DNA from: Eledone cirrhosa | Taxonomy: Eukaryota | Assembly (NCBI GenBank): GCA_964016885.1 | Contig: OZ024742.1 | Span: 129,208,001-129,272,000, forward strand | Length of the DNA: 64,000 nt | Reading direction: 5' to 3' | Shown: positions 61,001-64,000 of the stretch, piece after piece | How positions within the stretch are numbered: position 1 is the first letter of the stretch | Layout: each line of letters opens with the position of its first letter | Notes under the pieces: model-generated | Databases searched by the model: none | What the model was told of the DNA's origin: nothing | What the model saw: only the letters and a program-made list of their open reading frames with translations | Program-made: the position numbers and the translations under genes

Positions 61001-64000
61001 ATGCAGTCTAGTAGTCAGGATGTTGGGCTAACAATATTATAGATTTGATTTCTGGACCAGTTTAGCACATTGTGTCCTTGCATCACTTCATTTCACATTG
61101 CTCCAGTCAACTCAGCAACTGTAGCTGGCATTCTGTCCAGAATATGTTGGAGGCAGGGGCGTCTTGTATTTCCAGTTGCTTAATACCAATAAACTTTAAG
61201 GGCGGTGCCCGAGCATGGCCTCAGCCAGATGGCTGGAACAGGTAAAAGAGTAAACTACCTCCTAATAAACCTCCAGCCATGGAGCAAACCTTAACTTTTG
61301 TTTAACAATGGTAGCACTTTGGATATTAGTTTAAAGCTACCAAACCCCACCAAAAAACCCTCAATATCAAATTGGTATTTTCCTCTACACACATTTCGGT
61401 TTTTTTCTTTTTCTAATTATTATTTCCATTTACAAGATATTTCAATTAGCGTTTGAGAATGTTCAACGATCACTTTTTTAGGACAAAAAGCAACGCTGGC
61501 CTCAATTGGATTTGAATTCAGAACACAGAGGGACAGAACAAATGCTGAAACATTTCTATCAATTTGATGTATATTGTAGCCCTATCCATCATAACTAAGC
61601 AGGTTTATGATCAAAGGTATTCCAACTACAACCATCCTGTCTTTTGGTGAGGAGAATAGGGGCAATATATCAATAGTGAAAAGAAGACCGGTACTTTATT
61701 GACCTCAAAAGAATGAAGCCAAAGTTGATCTCAACAGGACTTGAACTCAGATTGCAGAGCCCCACAAGGAATAGTGTTGTAGGGGGGGAAGCATATAATA
61801 CATAACACAAAAATTATATCAAACTAAAATCTAAAAACCAACTAAAATCTTGCTTATCAGGAGATATGCTACTATGATATTTACACAACTGATACAGCTT
61901 TCCTCATAAATTCATTAATTTATTTACTCTCATAAACACACACACATAACTAGCAAAGCAAATTTTAAATATAATTTTCTGAAATATAATTTTTTAAATA
62001 GATTAGTCATCACTAAAGCAGTGGATATATGTTTTCTACATATTTGCAAGTTATTTTATTTTATTTTATTTTATTTTATTTTCTGTCAAGGCAAGAGTCA
62101 TAAATGTATATTTCCTGCAATTTGAGTTCAAAAACCAGAATCTGTTTCTAGCTGATGTCATTTATGATGCTAATGTTTTTTAGCAAAGTGATGAACAACA
62201 AAATCCTCCTTTCTCTTTAAAAAATATAAGACACTGCTCCAATTTGTTTTCAGTGTGGATACAAGAAGGGCTCTGTAGTTAACAAGTAATATGTGATTCC
62301 ATGTTTGATCTCTCTGCAGAGCACCTTCGACAGCTGTTTTCTAATATAGCCTCAGATCAAACCAAACCTTCTAGGTGAAATTGGGTGGAAGGAAATGGTA
62401 GAAGTTAATCAGATAGGATTTTACATAACTTTGGATGGTAGATTTAATCTATTACCTGGTTTCACTCTTAACGTCCTATACCACATGAAACTGCAATAGC
62501 AAAACATTCTTGGAAAGTACAAAACAACACTATGACTGCATCACATTAAAAATTGAAGTCTTCACTTTCTAATACTGCAAGTTTTCACTATAATCTGTCT
62601 CCTAGTATACTCTCTGCAAATTTTAACAACGATCAGTCCACTAATAAAGATACCATAAACATTTGAATTAAACCAGTTTTCTAAAAATCATTACAGGATG
62701 TTAAAAGTTAAACACCACCACCTGGCCCTTGAATGCATTTAACAGAGTCTATTATTCTGTTGCAAACATTAGAATCAACGCTCTAGTTTGAAAATATCAG
62801 AAACTAATAAAAAGAAAGGTTGGTGTAAAGGTAAGTTTTAGAGTGACAAGATAAGTAGTAACCATTTTGATACTAAACTGCATGAAACTACCCTGGTTCT
62901 ATAGTAAGCTGTTTATTTTTAAATGGTTATATTTCTATAAAAATAAATTTCCATTACATTTGTACGAAACTCTGCTAAGTTATTTTTTAAAGACTAGATA
63001 AATAATGAGAAAGTTAGACAAAATGATGTGAAAATCATAGGTAGTGTCATTCATTAGAAATATGATAATGGAAGGATTATTAAAGGCAATCAGCCAATGT
63101 TTTCAAAAGATCACTGTGCTGTTATAGATATGAGAATTAAATGGTGATGACTGGTGGGTGAATGTGTTGCATGCTAAGATGGAAAAAGAGAAAGACAGAA
63201 AGAAATAGCAAAATTAGATTTCAATATGTTGGGTCTTGGATTTAAGTGGTAGTAAAATAACTTAGAGTTTCTGAAAGTTTTCTCTTAACATCCCGTATCA
63301 TATTAAAAAGTCATTCTTGAAAAGTACAAAACACTATGACTGCATCACATTAAAAATTAAAGTCTTTACTCTCTAATACTGCAAATTTTCACAATAATCT
63401 GTCTCCTAGTATAGATACTATAAACATTTGAATTAACATGACCATTTTTAGATATTTAAATTTTCTGCTAAATCATTATAGGATGTTAATTTCAATTAAA
63501 AGGTTCAAAGCAACATATTGCATGTGATAATTAATGTTAAGACTAATATACAGCACACACACATTAAACCTAGCAGAATAGTTACTTTATAAGGAACAAT
63601 AGATGTGCTCTGTTTTGTTATTATGGTAATGGTAGTTGAAGAATTAATAGGTTGTGATAATTTCACTTATTAGATTTTTCCAATCTATTAATCACAAATC
63701 AGATAGATGTTAATATGTGAACTGACTCACACACATACCCACATGCACAGCTATATGTAAATGCATCCTATATGTCTAAGGGTGTTAAACAGAGTCAAAC
63801 AGATGAGAAAAATCTTCCCAGGGGTTGAATATAGGTCGAGCACAATTAACATTTACAAATGATCTGGCACTTATTCCCAACAGCTAGGTGAACTATGGCA
63901 CTCTAGAATAAAGTGTTCTACACCAGTGGTTTAAACATATGGCAAATGAGCCAGGTGGTAAACAGGGCAGGTCTTGAAATACATTCTTGAAAAAGTATAA

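Overview
AT-rich, repeat-saturated eukaryotic DNA with no prokaryotic genes, rRNA, intact tRNA or CRISPR array. The repeat mix (RTE LINEs with (GAT)n tails, CORE-type and other tRNA-derived SINEs, TTAA-ended MITEs, long (TA)n/(ATC)n tracts) looks like an octopus or other coleoid cephalopod genome; this is pattern recognition, not a database result. The window is probably intronic: only one convincing host exon candidate was found (60 nt, minus strand, 27222-27281). Nearly all short ORFs in the track are microsatellite or antisense artefacts. Real coding remnants are a disabled near-full-length RTE LINE (33.4-37.0 kb), 3' RTE fragments, two maT-type transposase relics (one showing DD37D spacing) and an internally deleted mariner. 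The most interesting signal is a cluster of short, non-coding, (TA)n-embedded, highly structured elements at 37.7-44.6 kb. It holds two type I hammerhead ribozyme motifs (one near-canonical, one minimal with a palindromic stem III and a decayed core), a palindrome with 55-bp arms and nested UNCG hairpins, and a bipartite RTE-derived element. These resemble Penelope-associated or retrozyme-like mobile RNAs. Also notable are a 14x29-bp self-complementary minisatellite with IRF-like sites, a perfect 40-bp inverted duplication around (TA)43, and modular SINEs that share a tail with an RTE subfamily in the same window. Boundaries of degraded repeats are approximate (about 10-30 bp).
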